Below, one piece after another: positions 63,265-64,000 of a stretch of DNA of 64,000 nt. The first letter of the stretch is position 1, and every line of letters begins with the position of its first letter. This stretch comes from Diadema antillarum. Taxonomy: Eukaryota. Below the pieces are notes generated by a model. It had not been told where the DNA came from and did not search any database. It was given only the letters and a program-made list of their open reading frames with translations. The stretch covers positions 1,178,001-1,242,000 of the forward strand of contig NW_027271434.1 of the NCBI RefSeq assembly GCF_040938485.1, given 5' to 3'. The position numbers and the translations under genes were made by a program.

Positions 63265-64000
63265 TACTGTTTTCAAGTCTTATGCATGCCTTTAAAAGCA
63301 CAGGAGCTTCCGGAAAAACAGACCAGCTTGTATCTCAAAGCAAGAACTAATGCATGGAAAATGGTTCCAAATATCGAAACACATTGAACATGTACAGGTG
63401 GCTAATACTGCACACATAGGTACTGCATCTTAAGAGAGAGAGAGAAAACTAACATTGGTACTGCATCTTAGGAGATATCCATACATTTAAATACATTGAT
63501 ACACCAGCCTATGTGTAAAACAGTCATTCTAGCCAAAACAAATGATATGGAATGTTGACAGAATTTTCAGCACAGTAGCTTAGGGAAGTTAAATACCATG
63601 CTTCAAGCATATACTCTATCTTTTTGAAGTCAATAGGCAAGAATACATTTGGAAGTATTTAGAATTCAGACTAGCAAACTTTGATAGGACTTTACTTCGC
63701 ACAGAGAAAAATGAAGATACAGGACTGGCACAGGTACCTGAGAGTAGATGGCAATGCTGCAAGATTTATTACAATTATTTTTTTTTGAAATCATAATCAG
63801 CATAATTTTGATAATTGCCTCCACTCTGTACGAGATATTTGATTCAGGGAACAAAAATTCCATTAGCACAGCATATGAATGTGAATGTATGCATGTATGT
63901 GAATATGCATATACATGTACTTATTTTTAAATGTGTTACTTCTCTTTTTTCTTAATTCAATCATGCACTCAGTTCTCTCTTTACTCATAAAGTCATACTT

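Noticed and set aside
57400-64000. Short ORFs in the distal 6.6 kb
   Set aside because: AT-rich UTR or intergenic sequence with MITEs; no recognisable coding exons.

Overview
This is AT-rich animal genomic DNA with introns; the repeat families suggest an invertebrate deuterostome, probably a sea urchin (inference). It has five N-gaps of about 130-150 bp. Four spliced genes could be assembled by hand with consistent GT-AG phases: a secreted CAP/SCP (PI16/GLIPR1-like) gene (-, 12187-18462), RRP36 (-, 22237-33230, first coding exon not found), NAA40 (+, 36444-46445, head-to-head with RRP36) and DNPH1/RCL (+, 55000-57310). A fifth, unrecognised gene with an N-terminal hydrophobic segment may lie at 2467-5915 (-). 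The left edge holds a 5'-truncated and inverted Penelope-like (Neptune-type) retroelement with a GIY-YIG endonuclease, whose 3' tail carries a variant minimal hammerhead-ribozyme motif. The rest is dense in short non-autonomous DNA transposons (Kolobok-like TTAA, Harbinger-like, Tc1/pogo-like TA, Sola-like ATAT, a 6-bp-TSD CAG(G/T)GGCGGATC family, a Helentron/HINE-like element and foldback palindromes), several nested. No transposase gene, tRNA, rRNA or CRISPR array was seen. Most short ORFs in the supplied track are spurious. I found no clearly new biological system; the best leads are the ribozyme-bearing inverted Penelope element, the orphan gene candidate and the RRP36-DNPH1 linkage.
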